Below are positions 39,421 to 54,179 of a DNA stretch of 64,000 nucleotides, one piece after another. Both the position numbers and the translations under genes were made by a program. Within the stretch, counting starts at the first letter, position 1, and each line of letters starts with the position of its first letter. The notes under the pieces were generated by a model. It searched no databases, was not told the origin of the DNA, and saw only the letters and a program-made list of their open reading frames with translations. The stretch is from the human T2T-CHM13v2.0 reference genome, Homo sapiens: the NCBI RefSeq assembly GCF_009914755.1, contig NC_060937.1. One strand, given 5' to 3'.

Positions 39421-41642
39421 TTTAAAAAACCATTATTTGTACTTAATTTAGTTGGATGGTAAGCATGAAACAAATGTCGAAGCCTGATTCTTCTGTAATA
39501 AGCCAAACATTGGTTTTATATGAAAATCTGATTGTACTTTCCACTTTCTTAGAACATGATTATTATATAGGATTATAGTGCTTTTATGATGAAATTATAT
39601 ATGTTAATATTTAGTACACTTATGATTTACTTCAAGGGAATTCAAGTTTATCTAATTTATTTCTCAAAGTCATGAGACCCATTAAGAACTGGTAAATGGA
39701 TCTTGAATGTGAAGGAGTCTTTAAATTTTATGTGCATGATAAAAGTTTTATCAGAAATACTTACATATCTTAGACAAATTTCTAAGATAAATATTTCAAA
39801 TGTTCTTTTCTCCATAAAACCTTTAAATTTACACATAACATATATGTTATTTGTCAAATTTTATTTAGTATGAAACATAATTTTGTGATGAGAAAATTTT
39901 AATTAAAATGTATAATGCAATAATTATGTATGTAGATATGAAATTGTTTCTTTAAAATAATTTTGAAAATTAGAACAATCGTGAGAGGTATACAGCTAAT
40001 TATTTGCTAATGAATGGCTCTGCATTTATTGTCAATAAGCACCATGGCAATAAAAGCAAAGCAACTAAGCAAATATACTCACTATTGTTATTAAAGTGTT
40101 TAAAAAATTCCAGACATTAAGACAAATTACAAATACACTTGTTGATAAGTAAACAAATGTTTCAGAGAAGAAATTGTAAAAATGGTCAAGAATTTCTACA
40201 GGTGTAACCCTATCAATAATCAGTGAAAAAATAACAAAAATTAAAAAATTAGCGAATAGTTAGCTATATATTTAGTAATAAATAAAAGATGAATTAACCA
40301 ATTCATGATACTTCAAAATACAAACAAAATAAATCTTAAAAAATCATTATCTTGCAATCATAATTTACTGTCAGGCATTTTTAAAAAATTATTTCAGAGT
40401 TTCCAATAATAAAATATAAATATTATATCCTTCTAAAGCAAATTTTAAAAACACCTTTAATGATAATATGGCATAAATATATTTACTTAAATGCAATGAA
40501 TATTAAGGGTAATCAGGTAAATCTAATGAATAAAGCTATTTGTTATTCTATACATTTTGAGAAATTTCTCCAGTTGCAACTGAAAATCACATATAATGAA
40601 TGTTCTCTGACTGTGGATAGGATCTAGCTGATCCTCAAACTATGCAATTACTCACTATCTCTGAGAAATATATTTCTGTGATACGTTTGCTTGCCTTTTA
40701 CTTATATAATTCTTATAGCTAGGAACATCAATTTTGTGAGAATGAAAAACTTTATTATTTTCTGAGTTACAGAGAAACTTTCTTTTCTTGTTTTCCTGTA
40801 GCCATGGAACACCTTTTAATTTAATGTAAGCATTTCCTCTATAAAGAGTTGTAAAAATAAAGCTCCTATAAATTATTCTAACGAGTTTAAATAAATAAGA
40901 ATAAATTTTGCCTGCAATTATATTTTTCTTCTAAAATTGAATTAAGACCTTGGTTAAAAGCATAAATATGGGTTTTTCTCTTTATTAGCATTTTATGATT
41001 ACTATGTCTCTTCTGTCGAAAAGAAGCACATCATGTTTACTTATTACACACAAATCTATTCTGCAATATATGTCTCACCTTAGAAATCATTATTATAAAC
41101 GATAAATAAATATAGATTTTGAGTTGCTAATCTATATTAAGATAATTAGTAAAATATGGTAAAAAAGGATAACAATAGGACGTAAGTGTACTCTACGGTT
41201 TTCTATTTCTTTTGTGTGGAATCACAATAGAGTTAGGTCATTTGAAATTATCAACTTTAACCAATTATCGGGACATTAAACAACAAATAAAAGGTCATAG
41301 ATTTTGGTAAATGAAGGAAAATGATAAGATTAGTCTCTCTTCAGTAAAGATGTTTTACACAGGCAAATTGAAGTAGAAAGCAGAAGAATCATATGCCAAA
41401 TGTGATCAATATAGGTCATAAATCTATGTAATTATCAAACATTGCCAAATATTGGTGTATTCCCTTTTCTATTGAATTGTATAATAATTGCTTAATCTCT
41501 TCAATTTAATTTGTCTCCTTAGAAACACTGTGTACCCTACAATGCATTTATTCACCACCAATCAATATATTGTACTTAAAATAATCACTCCTCCATTGTT
41601 AAAAACTGTAAACACACCCCCCCACACACACAGAATATATAA

Positions 41643-41965
<323 letters not shown>

Positions 41966-43597
41966 TGAGTTTTTAAAGTATATTACAGTAGACGCATATG
42001 CTTACTACCAAGCATCTGCAGAATTTTAATTAAAAATATTTTCATTAATTTAAAACATTATTCATCTAACTAACTGGCAGTGTACATATGTTATTCAAAT
42101 ATTAAAAATGATAAACTTATTTCTGAGAGTATGGCAATGAAGATCAGAATTTAGTAAATACTTAATTTTTTAATTTAGTAGTTTTTTGTTTGTTTCAATT
42201 TCCTCTTCTCAGGAACTAGAGGACTGAGATACTATTACCTCAAAGAATTTTCAGTATTGCTCATAATGGAGAAAAATGTAATCAACTTATTGCTATATTG
42301 CATATAATGGGTATAATTTAGGGTGTAAAATACTAGTTACAGTAAGAACAGAAATTTTAAGGTTGGACACAGATTAATGAAAAGAGAAAAACTGAGATAA
42401 AAGTAGTCCTAGAAGTGGCATTCAGTGTTTCAATTATTCTGTTTCATGTTGAAAATAAACTATGTAGATGTTTATACATAAATTATTTAGACATAACAAA
42501 TATGTATTTACTTGCTGTGAAGTGACTATATTAATCAAAATTAAAATTCACCCCAGTGCTAATATATTTTCAATTTCACATATATTAGTATAATGTAAAA
42601 TATTGATTTTTATAGGAGAAAATTGGGGTTTCTTTTGGTATGCTTCTACTTCCTAAAACAGACTAATGTAAGATTCAGTTTGGTAATCAATATTTTATAA
42701 TACTTGATGGGTGGGAAAAGAACATGCTATACATAGTAAGTATAAAGCTTTATGTTAAATTGCCTAAATGAGAACTAACTGTAAATTTTCCTAGACACTT
42801 ATGGTACAAAATAAGAAACAGATGTTTTTTTTTTTTTCCACAGAAAGCTTAAATGAGTTTAAATGTTGATTTGTCAACTAATCTTAAATGTTTTTTAAGA
42901 ATTAAGTCAACTAATTTATGCCAACTCCTTGACTCACTCCAATGTTGTAGGACTTGATGTAGTCCACAGACATGTCGAAAACCCATGTATCATTTTCAGA
43001 ATATCCCCAGGTTTTTAAAGAGTAGAAAGAAGCCAGGTTTTTTCACTCCTCAGTCTTCATGAAATATTAATAGATTTTACACTTGCTTCCCTGAGTGAAA
43101 ACCTAAAGGTGTGTAGGTTTTCCTTGAAATGAGACCTAGTCCTCTAGGGAAGGAAAGGATAACAAAAATATTTATTTTCTAATTATGGTACCAGTCACTT
43201 TTATTTTCCTTGGAGAGGAATCTTTTGAATTGAAGGTAAAAAGAATAAATGTATTTCTGTACAGAATGTGTGTATCTCCCTGTTAGGTTATCCTTGCTTC
43301 TTTTTAATTTTTTCAGATTGTTCTAAATTCTCTGAGAAATACATTTTAAAAATTTTATACAGTATTATAGTAATGCACTAACACACACACACATATACAC
43401 ACAAAGACATAGTCAACCACTGAATCTATAAGAACTGAAATGTATATCTTTATAACACTCCTGACCTAGATTCTTATTTCTCAGATATAAGCAATCTTAA
43501 TTGTTTTGTGTTTCATTGCTATTTTCTTCTGGGAATTCATGAATCACTTTTTCTTTGCATTTATAATTTATACTTCCACAATATTTAGGATATCTCT

Positions 43598-43960
43598 TGT
43601 TAAAGATAAATTGTACCAGACACTTGTTAAAAACGGCAAAACAGATTTAATTTGAGCAGCTGTAGTAGGAGGGATAGACTTCAACACAGAATTGAGCCCA
43701 ACTGAATACTGCAAAAGGAGGTAGAAATGCAGAGCCAACCGACAGAGAAAAAATTACTAAAAGGAATATGATTAAACATCAAGCGTTGGAAGAAGAAGAA
43801 ATTGATTAGATATCAAATAGGAGGGGAAGGAGATGGATTAGATGTCAAGAATGGAGAGATTCTCACTAAACTAGACTCAGGAGGCCAATGATGAGACCTA
43901 GTAGGGAAAGGGGTTCAAAGGAATCTGAGTCAAGTATGCTAAAGTAGGGAACCTTTGTAA
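43598..43960 (-). mobile_element. MER31/MER67-like ERV1 3' LTR
   Basis: tgttaaagataaattgtaccagacacttgttaaa...aattgagcccaact...aattactaaaagga...gattagatatcaa; adjacent polypurine tract (minus-strand aacaaggggag). Confidence 0.7.
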
Positions 43961-43964
43961 CTTA

Positions 43965-45170
43965 CTCCCCTTGTTCAAGGAAAGAAGATACATAGATCTC
44001 CTTCTCATTAAATTTGTTAATGAAGGATCTACTGAATCTTTTGTTAGTAATTGGTGATGGTTGTTGAACTGTGTGACCAAGACATTTAATGAGAAGGATA
44101 ACTGTAAAGATAAACACAAAAACAAAACTTAGTGGCTAATTAATTCATATGCCCAACTTCATAGGCCTAACAGGTCCCAAGAAAAGTCCTAGAACCCCTC
44201 TTCTTTCCTCGGTGGTGTCAATATGACAGCAGTGATTAAATGAATGTCTTCATTCATCTCTCAAATATTTTGTGTGTTTTGTTTGTTTGTTTGTTTGTTT
44301 GTTTTCCTGAGATGGAGTTTCACTCTTGTTGCCCAGGCTGGAGTGCAATGGCATGATCTTGGCCCACTGAAACCTCTGCCTCCCAGTTCAAGTGATTCTC
44401 TTGCCTCAGCCACCCGAGTGGCTGGGATTACAGGTGCACGACACCACACCCAGCTAATTTTTGTATTTTTAGTAGAGATGGGGTTTCACCATGTAGGCCA
44501 GGCTGGTCTCAAACTCCTGACCTCATGATCCACCCTCCTCGGCCTCCCAAAGTGCTGGGATTACAGGCGTGAGCCACTGCGCCCGGCCAAATGTTTCTTA
44601 TTATGACAAAAATGTCACTTAGATTGCTGTGGAAAATAGTGCAGTAGTCGCTTCAGATTATTGTGCAAGTTCCCCTTCTGCAGAAGGATCATACAGAGAG
44701 TGATGTGGTGATAGGGGACAGTTGGCTCGGTTTCTCCTAATTGGTGGGTCATCCTTTGGACAGCAGTAGTGATGTTGTCCAGGGACCAGGTAAATTGCTT
44801 CAGCAATTAGTTGATTATTCTGTTGTTGAGTCAAACTTTTCCAGGCAGGTAAAAGATGCCTTCAGATGGGATTCAAATGTGGTAAACCTCTCCCGAAAAG
44901 GTCGTGGATCCAGATCGTGTCTCATTCTATAAGTCCAGCTTTTTCCCATTCAGTGCTCTTTGACTCTGTGGCCATTATTTGGGCCATGCACATTTCTGTC
45001 ATAATTTCCTCTGGGAATATGTTAAGGAAATTGCAATTGCAATTTATTGGCAAGGGGAAGTAATCCTACAGTGAGTCTCAGTGTCCCACAGAAAATCTAG
45101 AAGAGAAGTTCCATGATTTAGAGATTGCCTGGGGACTGCTGCTCTAGTACATCTCATTGGAGTAAACGTA
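43965..45170 (-). pseudogene. env: Decayed ERV1 env (SU C-terminus and TM), interrupted by an Alu
   Basis: Minus-strand translation gives RMRH (furin-like, 44917-28), heptad LKQFTWSLDNITTAVQRMTHQL, ISD-like VPYHHITLCMILLQKG, CTII*SDYC (CX6CC-like, 44641-67) and hydrophobic LSFVFVFIFTVILLIKCL (~44078-44131). Confidence 0.7.
44268..44588 (-). mobile_element. AluS (Sq/Sg-like)
   Basis: Antisense dimer with (GTTT)n tail; TSD aaat(a/g)ttt. Confidence 0.95.
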
Positions 45171-45451
45171 GACACATAACTACAAATTTATAGGGTACCG
45201 ACTTTCTGTTCAAAACTTAGTCAATAACATGAAAACAGACTCTATTCTTTAATATGAATAAAAATATAATTTGCTAATGTTTCAAAGTTTTATTTCCTTT
45301 ACTTTTAATGTCTGTTTCATATATCCCCAGATACTTTCTCTTCACTTTCAAGTATTCAATGGAAATTGCATTTGGGCTATACAAGTGTTAATTCTCATGT
45401 TACCAGAGCTTATAATAATATTTCACATTTTTGTCTATTTTTAAAAATTTG

Positions 45452-45874
<423 letters not shown>

Positions 45875-46779
45875 CTATATTTTTTGTGTGTGTATTTTCT
45901 AGTTTATGAATCTTGGTCTATGAATTTCTATGTGCAAGTCAGATTAGAAGAAATATGACTGAAACTAGTAAAAGCCTATTTAATTATAGTTTATTTTAAA
46001 ATTATTAAAAATTTCTCTTTGATAAGAATATATTTCAAGTATGTCAGAATTTTTGTTGCAATTCGAATACAGATAGACTATTGTTTGGTTTTAAAAGTTC
46101 AAGTACCCTTGTTGTCTTAATAAAATATAGTTTACCTTATACGAGTATTTCATATGAAATAACTTCCAATTATTTGTAGTACTTATTACAAACCTGCTCA
46201 TTCCACACAATGTTCAAAGGGAGGAAAGTCAACATGAAAATGGATATTTATATATCTTAGCACAAGTAAAGTTGGTAAAAACTAATCAACAATTTGTTTT
46301 CTATGACTGAGCAGTGAAAGGTATATTTCTTTCTACAGTCTGCCTTTGACAATTACCTCTCATTGAAGTTTGATTTACTTTCTTGTAACTCTGTTTAATT
46401 CACTTTATTTTTTTATTTTTTCTCTTCCTATGTACTGTCTCAGATCCTTTCTTTACATCTCCATAGTATTTATAAATTATCATTGAACCATAACATCAGA
46501 AAATACCATATTCCATCCTCACAGAGTGGCATTTGTGTACCATTGTTTAACAATTGCTGAAATTATCTTTTTTCTCCCACTCTAAACATTTTCATTGTGA
46601 ACTTTTATCACTTTCATGGCTGACAATCTATTTCAATAGAAAGAAAAATGACAGTCAAGGAGATGACATGTTCCCTTTCCTCGGGGGGCATTCATTTCAA
46701 TAGGGATGATTGTTTAAAAATTATGAACATGATTATTTAATTGATATTGTGATGAGTGTCACAAGATACAATTAAAGGG

Positions 46780-47330
46780 AATTGCGCAATTTTCAAATTT
46801 TACATTTTCTGTATAGATCTCTTTCCTGAATAACGGAGCCAAACATGGACCAATCTACTGGAGGTGTTCACATAAATATCCTATAGTTGCAAAAAATAAT
46901 AAAACTAGGCCTGAATTTAATCGCACTATTCAACCTAGAAGAAAACTCTTCTGTTATGCCAAAGAAATGTGAAATTCATTTTTTTACTCTGCCTTCATTG
47001 ATTAACCTGCTCATACAGATTTTATGAGATGTTTAGCCCTTCCTCTCATGAATTCCATTACCTGGATCTTTTCCTTCTCACATATTAGCTCCATTGTAGG
47101 CTTCTAAAAAAGACAGTTTTTCATGACACAAAATGATTATATTTTCCCATTCTGGTGAATTCATGTGATACTATTTGTCACATACTTTTCCTACCGTTAT
47201 CCAAAGTGGCTCATTGTAATTTGCATAAGAATGTGACCATACCTTATCCTTCCCCTGACAATACAAAGCTCTCCAGCCCATTGTCTTGTACCAAAAAATA
47301 TGGTCAATTGTTACATAAATGAATACATAA
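46780..47330 (+). mobile_element. L2 fragment
   Basis: tagatctctttcctgaa...atctactggaggtgttcacataaatatc resembles L2. Confidence 0.5.
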
Positions 47331-48699
47331 TTAGGGTATTAATTTTTAAATTCTGATATAGAAGATTTGAAGAAAAACTCAGAAATAAAAGCCACAACTA
47401 AGGCATCTTCAAGAGCATAAACAATGCTGTCAACATATTTAGGCAGAGGAATAATGAGCTCAAAGAGGTAGACAAAATAAAGTCAACAAACATTTGAAAA
47501 GATCAAAGAGACAAATATGAAGGAATGAGGGCTTTTTCTTATATGCATATTGAGAGAAACTAGGGAATAGATTCAAATGTAATAAAATGGTAAAAAAAAT
47601 TTGAAATAAAAAACAAAGCTGTAAAACTTGAAGTTTCATCTGTGTATGTGCGCATGCGTGAGTTCACACCCATTCACGAGCACCTAGGATGATGATATTA
47701 TTTAATTTGTGAGGTGTATAGCTCAGTCTTTGGAGAGAATTTAGACACACATTTGTTTTAAATGTGATTAAAATATACACATCTTTAAAATAAATGACAT
47801 ATAATTATTGTTTTCTAAAAGCTACATGAAGCAAGTTACTCTCTGTATTATATAAATATAGGTAGAGGGGTTATCTTAGGAATAAAATATGCTATAACTG
47901 TTTGCTTAGAACTTTGAAGAGCATTAGAAGTGCATAGCAGTTAAACTGGACAGATAACGAAAATTAAGTTGTGAAGAACAAACACAATGCAAAAGGCTTT
48001 TAACCCTGACTCTATTATTATATCATTCTACAAAAATGTATTTTTAACACCCATTTTTACTGTTTTTCTATTCATTTCACACTGTGCCAGATTCTAGCAG
48101 TCATTTTTTAGTGAGGTAAATGTGCCTGCTTCTCTCACTTGAAATCTGCTCCATGAGACATGGAGAGATGAGTCCCTTAAAATTGTATTCAAATGAACAG
48201 TTATTGGTGACAGACTGAGGACATCAAAAAACACCAAAAGATTTTTAACAGTGAAATATATGCTGATAACACAAATAATATTTTTCTATGTTGGTTTTTC
48301 AGTTGATTTCAAAGTTTAGATTATCAAGGTCATAACCTCCTCATATGAAATGTTATATTTAATTCTATATTTTCAAATGAACTAAAACTCAGAAAGGTAA
48401 ACGCTGTGTTTTTTTAGTCTATCTACCCTCTTACAAATGTATTCATAAAATGTAAATCATTTATCACTGATTAGGACAATCATTTCTCTTCTGCTATATA
48501 CTTAAGTTACATTTAAGAGTAGCATAATTTCAGCTATAATTCACTAGATATGCATTGTCGGTCCATCATCCACTTTCCTTTGGAAACTTTACTTTGAAAC
48601 TGAAAATTATAAATAATCTAAAACTAGAGATATAGATGAGGTACAAAATTTAAAGTGCTTGCTTGAAAACTGCATAATTTCTATTAAGTTACTTTGCTT

Positions 48700-50170
48700 T
48701 ATGTTTCAGAAATTTAGAAAGCAATGAGTAGTAGGATATCATGCACACTAATAGAACTCATACCCAAACATCTCATCTTTTATCAAAATTTCTACAACCT
48801 ACACCTATTTCTTTTTTCAGGATGTATCTTAAGAGGACTCCCAAAACACAAACAATTATTTTAAAAAACATCTTAAATGCGATTGAATAAAGGCACACAT
48901 AGTAAACAAAAATGCAATACACACAAAGTACATGTTTCAAAGATAGAAATATCATATACAAATTAATATACGGGAATTTCAAATGTTGAAGAATAGAGAA
49001 AGCAGAGCATGTGAAATAGAAATAACAGATTTGTAAATAGGTATAACGCCTTTGGAAAGCAACACAGAAATAATCAGTAAAATAGAACTTTGATATACTT
49101 CTAAAATATATTTCTATATTTTGTGATCTAGAAATTCTATTTGGAACATATGCTGGAGAAAGGATCTCATATAAGCTATTGAGACATGTATAAGAGTGTT
49201 CGCAGTAGCATCATTTATAATAGTAACATTGGTAAAAAATATAACTGAAGATTACCAATGGGTAGCATAAAAATTTCCAGACCAGCTTGTGAATATAGGA
49301 AAAAAATTGGGAGTTAGGGTCTAAAATGTCAGACATTTTCTCAAATCCTTAGTATACAGCAGAGTGTGAGTGCTAAGCATATCTGTTTCTGGATCCCCTG
49401 GAAAGGGCAGATTTATACCTCAACTGCTGGTGAATGCTGGTCTGTGGCAGGCCCTGGATGGAAGAGACCTACCAGATAAGATCAGACAACGTAGAAGAGA
49501 TGAGGACAACTTGTTCTCTCTGTACACAGGCTTAGTTCCAAAAGGAACAACAGCATAACTGAGCAAAGAAGGCTTTGTTACTTTTCCACGTTAACTAATT
49601 AAATAAATACTTCAATACCCCAAGGGCTGAATTAGTATTAACTGAATAAAAAGAAAGAGGTGATATTGGTTTTGGGAAAATGCCTCTTCGAGGAAATAGC
49701 AGGTGTGAAAAAGTCACCCTCTTCTAACATATCAACTATATATGTAGTTATTAAATAGAATCATGTATACCCACATAAACATGTATGTATGTGTGTTTAT
49801 ATTATAAACCAATTAAAGTGAATAATCTGTAGATTACTTTTATCAAAATCATGAAAACGAATTGAAGGTTACAGAAAGTAAGAAAGTACAATTTTTAAAC
49901 ATTTTGAGAAATCGTAGAACAAAATTACAATTTTTGGAATACATACACATACGCATAGTAAAATTGATAAAACAGAACACCCACAAAGTTCAGGGTGCAA
50001 TGGCCTTTTTTGAATAAGGAAGAATGGTCATGTAAAGAGGCATAAACTCTATTAATTAGGCATAATTTCCTTTTTAAAAGTTACAAAAAATGTGAGAAAT
50101 GTTTGCTTTAGAACTCTAGTGTGTAATTTTAAAATATATTTTTATGGTTCAATATCTTAAAATAAGCTTA
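48700..50170 (+). mobile_element. Decayed L1ME 3' fragments with unassigned intervening sequence
   Basis: ggtataacgcctttggaaagcaa; tgatctagaaattctatttggaa; gtataagagtgttcgcagtagcatcatttataatag. Confidence 0.5.
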
Positions 50171-50844
50171 GAACTCTTAAAATATCCATATCTTCTATAT
50201 TACAAGGGCAATGTTGTTCAGAAATTGCAAGTCTTTTTTAACTTTCTGTGTTCTACTCTATTTTCAGAAACTGCATGCATAAAATAATTGTATTTCCTTT
50301 CTTATTATCCCCAATGAAAGGATAATCTAAAGATTACATTAATATTATTAATTGCATTTCGATTAGATGGTTTTAAAATAGTTTTTTTTATTTTTGAGAT
50401 GTATTAAACCATTTACTTATCAATTACTCAATCGTCAATTAGTCAATTTTTGTGGATTTTTTTGCTTATTCTTTAATTTATGAAACTGCTATGAACAGGA
50501 ATAATAGGGCATTTTTCCATTCATTCCTACTTACTCATTATTGGTCTAGTTTTCTAAAGGAGTAAATTATGTCACCATTGTGTCCATCTTCAGCTTCTCC
50601 TCCAACCTTCAATGTAAACTAATTGGTAGATGTGACTCTCCTAGTTTCAAATGTAAACTCTCCGTTTAAGTTCAATGTGTCAGCTCTCATTCCTGGATTC
50701 CCATAATATCTCATCTGACATCTTTTTAAATCCTCCTAAATGATCACATGATTTCAGAAAATTATTCTTCTATGCAGCAAAATGATGATTTAAAAGTCAG
50801 TTCCAAATTAGCTGTGTTTTCTAAAAGCAAAACAATTAAATTTT

Positions 50845-51105
50845 ATTTTTAAAAATTTATTCTGCTTTTTAAATTGATAAATCATAGTTTTATATCTTTG
50901 AGTTATCATGTGGTCTTGATATGTGCGTACGATATTGCATAATTAAATAAAGCTAATTAACATATCCATCACCTTACTCATCTATCATTTTTATGGTGAG
51001 ATATTAAATTTACACTTAGTCATTTTAAAATATATAATAATACATTATTATTGATGATAGTTGTGTTTATGTAGAATAAATCTCAAAACCTATTTATCCT
51101 GTTTT
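50845..51105 (-). mobile_element. L1MA7/8-like 3' end
   Basis: aagctaattaacatatccatcacctt...tatcatttttatggtgaga. Confidence 0.8.
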
Positions 51106-51331
51106 TACAAGGCTGGAAATTCCCATCTCTAGCTTTCTGTTGCACTGATTTTCAAGTTTTGCTTTCTTGATCACAAAGAATTCTGTAGAAATATGCCAAG
51201 GGCTGTGATTACTATAGTAAAGGAAGAGATACAATAGATCACCGCTCTAATGTTCCAGTTATTATATTGCCATTCCCAATTGCTCTATTTTCATGTTTTG
51301 TTGATGGAGATTTTATTTAAGAACATATTTG

Positions 51332-51643
51332 ATGAACATATGTGTTCATGTATCTTTATAATAGAATGATTTGTATTCCTTTGAGTATACACCCAGTAAT
51401 GGGATTGCTAGGTCAAATGGTATTTGTGGCTCTCCGTCTTTGAGGAATTTCCACACTGTCTTCCACAATGGTTGAACTAATTTACATTCCCACCAACACT
51501 GTAAAAGTGTTTCTATTTTTCCACAGCCTCACCAGTATCTATTGCTTCTTGACTTTTTAATACTTAGCATTCTGACTGGCATGAGATGGCATCTCAGTGT
51601 GGTTTTGATTTGCACTTCTCTAATGATCAGTGATATTGAACTT
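51332..51643 (-). mobile_element. L1PA (PA8-11 like) inverted 5' segment
   Basis: cccagtaatgggattgctaggtcaaatggt...ttccacaatggttgaactaatttacattcccacc. Confidence 0.92.
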
Positions 51644-51996
51644 TGCAGCACTATTCACAATATGTCTAAGACATGGACTCAACCCAAATGCCCATCAATG
51701 ATAGACTGGATATAGAAAATATGGCACATATACACCATAAAATACTATGGAACATGCATGGAGCTGGAAGCCATTATCCTCAGCAAACTAACACAGGAAC
51801 AGAAAAGCAAACACCCTATGGTCTCACTTATAAGTGGGAGCTTAACAATGAGAAGACATGGACACAAGAAGGGTAACAACACACACTGGGGCCTGTCATT
51901 GGGGGGTAGGAGGGATAGCATCAGGATAAACAGCTAATGCATGTGGGGTTTAATACCTAGGTGATGGGTTGATGAGTGTAGCAAACCACTATAGCA
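51643..51996 (+). mobile_element. L1PA 3' segment (ORF2 end and 3' UTR); poly(A) missing
   Basis: ttgcagcactattcacaata...cctcagcaaactaacacaggaacagaaa...acctaggtgatgggttga. Confidence 0.92.
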
Positions 51997-52009
51997 ATCC
52001 ACATTTGAT

Positions 52010-52700
52010 AAAAATATCAAGTTTAATTTATAAAGGCCAACATTATTGATGACGCTATTTACTAAACTTTCTTTTCCTTTATCTCTCTAGAGAAGTGCAT
52101 TAAAATCATTTGTTATTTGTTATTTTATTTCTGTTTTCTTTTGCTCCTGTTTATGCTTTATAAAAATTACTGCATTAGCTGGGCGTGGTGCAGCTACTCG
52201 GCAGGCTGAGGTGAGAGGATCACTTCAGCCCAGGAGGCAGAGGTTGCAGTGAGCAGAGATCATGCCACAACACTCCAGCCTGGATAACAGAGTGAGATCC
52301 TGTCTCAATACATAAATAAATAAATAAATATTACTGCTTTTTTAGTTCAATGATATTAATATTTTTATATTTTAATTTTTATTGTTGGCTTCACTATCAC
52401 ATGCCGTTTGTCCAATATCATATTTTTATAAATTCTACTTTGTTTAATGTCAATATATGACATTTATTTTTATTTGCATTTGTCTGCTACACATTGCTTA
52501 TCCTTTTATTATTTACACTTTTTGAATCACATTGTTTTAAGTGTCCTCTGTATGCAGCTTGCAGGTCTGGATTCTGCTTCATTCGCTACTGAAATCTTTT
52601 AAAAAGTCAATATCTTAAACTAATTTGTGTTTACTGATATTGAATTTTGATCTCATTTGTCATATTGTGATATGCCGTATTTTTATGTAGATATACATTC
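52010..52700 (-). mobile_element. Ancient L1M ORF2 5' region fragment
   Basis: tttgcatttgtctgctacacattgcttatcctttt...ttttaagtgtcctctgtatgcagc. Confidence 0.55.
52174..52329 (+). mobile_element. AluJ right arm / FRAM-like
   Basis: gaggatcacttcagcccaggagg...gagtgagatcctgtctc + (TAAA)n; TSD attactgc at 52166-73 and 52330-37. Confidence 0.9.
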
Positions 52701-52716
52701 TTTAATATAGACATTT

Positions 52717-52850
52717 ACAAGAAGCAGATGCCAGTGTCCTGCTTCTTGAACTTTCTAGCCAACAGAATAGTGAGCCTAACAAACCTCTTTTCTTTCTAAA
52801 TTACCCAGCCTCGAGTCTTCTCTTACAGCAACACTAAATGGGGTAAGACA
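52717..52850 (+). mobile_element. MSTC/D LTR 3' fragment
   Basis: gcagatgccagtgtcctgcttcttgaact...aaacctcttttctttctaaattacccagcctc...taagaca. Confidence 0.8.
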
Positions 52851-53731
52851 TATAATAAGCAAAACAAGTTTTTAGACGTAGCCACAGTTACCAATTCTTA
52901 CGCTCTTCATTCTTTTAAAGATGGATATTTCTCCAGGTTATCATTTTTCTTCTACTTTAAAGACTTTTCTTTTAATGTAGTTCTGCTTGTGATAAATTTT
53001 TCCACTTGTATATTCCAAAAAAGTCTTTGATTTTTGAAAGATATGTTCTCTGAGTATAGAATTCTAAGTTTTTTCTTGTATTATTCATTTTCAGTACTTT
53101 AAGATGTTGGTTGTCTTTTTGTTTGCATTCCTCTGGACAAAAAATCGAGTGTAATTCTAATCCTACTTCTTCTGTATGAAATATGTATTTTTCTGGCTTC
53201 TTTTAAAATTTCTCTTTGTCACCAGGTTCAAAGTATTTCACTACCACATGCCTTAAGGTAGACGTTTTGCATGTTTGTTTTTGGGGTGAGGGGTTGGAGT
53301 TTCTTGATCTTGGATCTGTGTTATATTTGTCATTAAATTGCCAAATTTTTCAGCCTTTGTTTTTCTAAACTCTTAAACTTTCTCCACCTCTTATTTTATG
53401 CAACATATTTTAGACTGTTTGGTATCTTGTTAAAGTTCACTGGTATTTTTGTTTGTCTTTTTCTTTATGTGTTCCACTGTAAAGTTTAAGAAAAAATAAC
53501 TTTTTATTGCTATGTTTTTAACTTCATTAGTCTTTCAGCTACAGTATCTAATATGCCATTAAGATCATCCTAAAATGTTTACATCCTTAGACATTGTAGT
53601 TTTTATATCTGCCATCATATATATAACATATTTACACATTGCACATCTCATATCTCCACATAGTTACTAAAAATTTAGTTTTTCCTCTGGGTTCATGAGC
53701 ATAACATATACAATATTAATAACTGTTATAA

Positions 53732-54179
53732 TGTTAAACCATACAATAGGTCAAAAGGTAAACTGTAAAATGTTAATGTGTTTATCTAAGCAAAAACAAT
53801 TCACAAATTTGACAACTCTAAAGCAGAAATGGTTCAGGAGCTCCACAGAGGGAACACAAAGGGAAGGCTTTTACAGAATGAACACAGTAGTAAAGGAAAG
53901 AGAATATTTGATTCATTCCAGTTATACAGTTGCAAATACAAAGATATTTGTTTTATCTTGTTGGGAAGTCTCTAGTTATATAGTTATAAGTTTGTTAGCT
54001 CCTACTGATTGGTTGAGCTTAAATTGTTTTCTTTAATTTAGACTTTTACAAGAAATAGCTCCAGTTAAGTTTCACTTAAGTTTGCAAATCAAGCAAAGTT
54101 AATGTCACTTACAAGGCCTGACTGGCTTTGTCTTTTGAGGAATGCCTCAGGCCTGGCTTTCATTTAATTTACTTTAACA
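53732..54179 (-). mobile_element. ERV1 solo LTR (MER57/MER72/LTR54 group)
   Basis: Reverse complement tgttaaagtaaattaaatg...acaaagccagtcaggcc...ttgcttgatttgcaaac; TG...CA ends. Confidence 0.75.

Noticed and set aside
47649-47660. NRF1-like tgcgcatgcgtg
   Set aside because: Isolated within a TG/CG dinucleotide run, with no CpG island or promoter context
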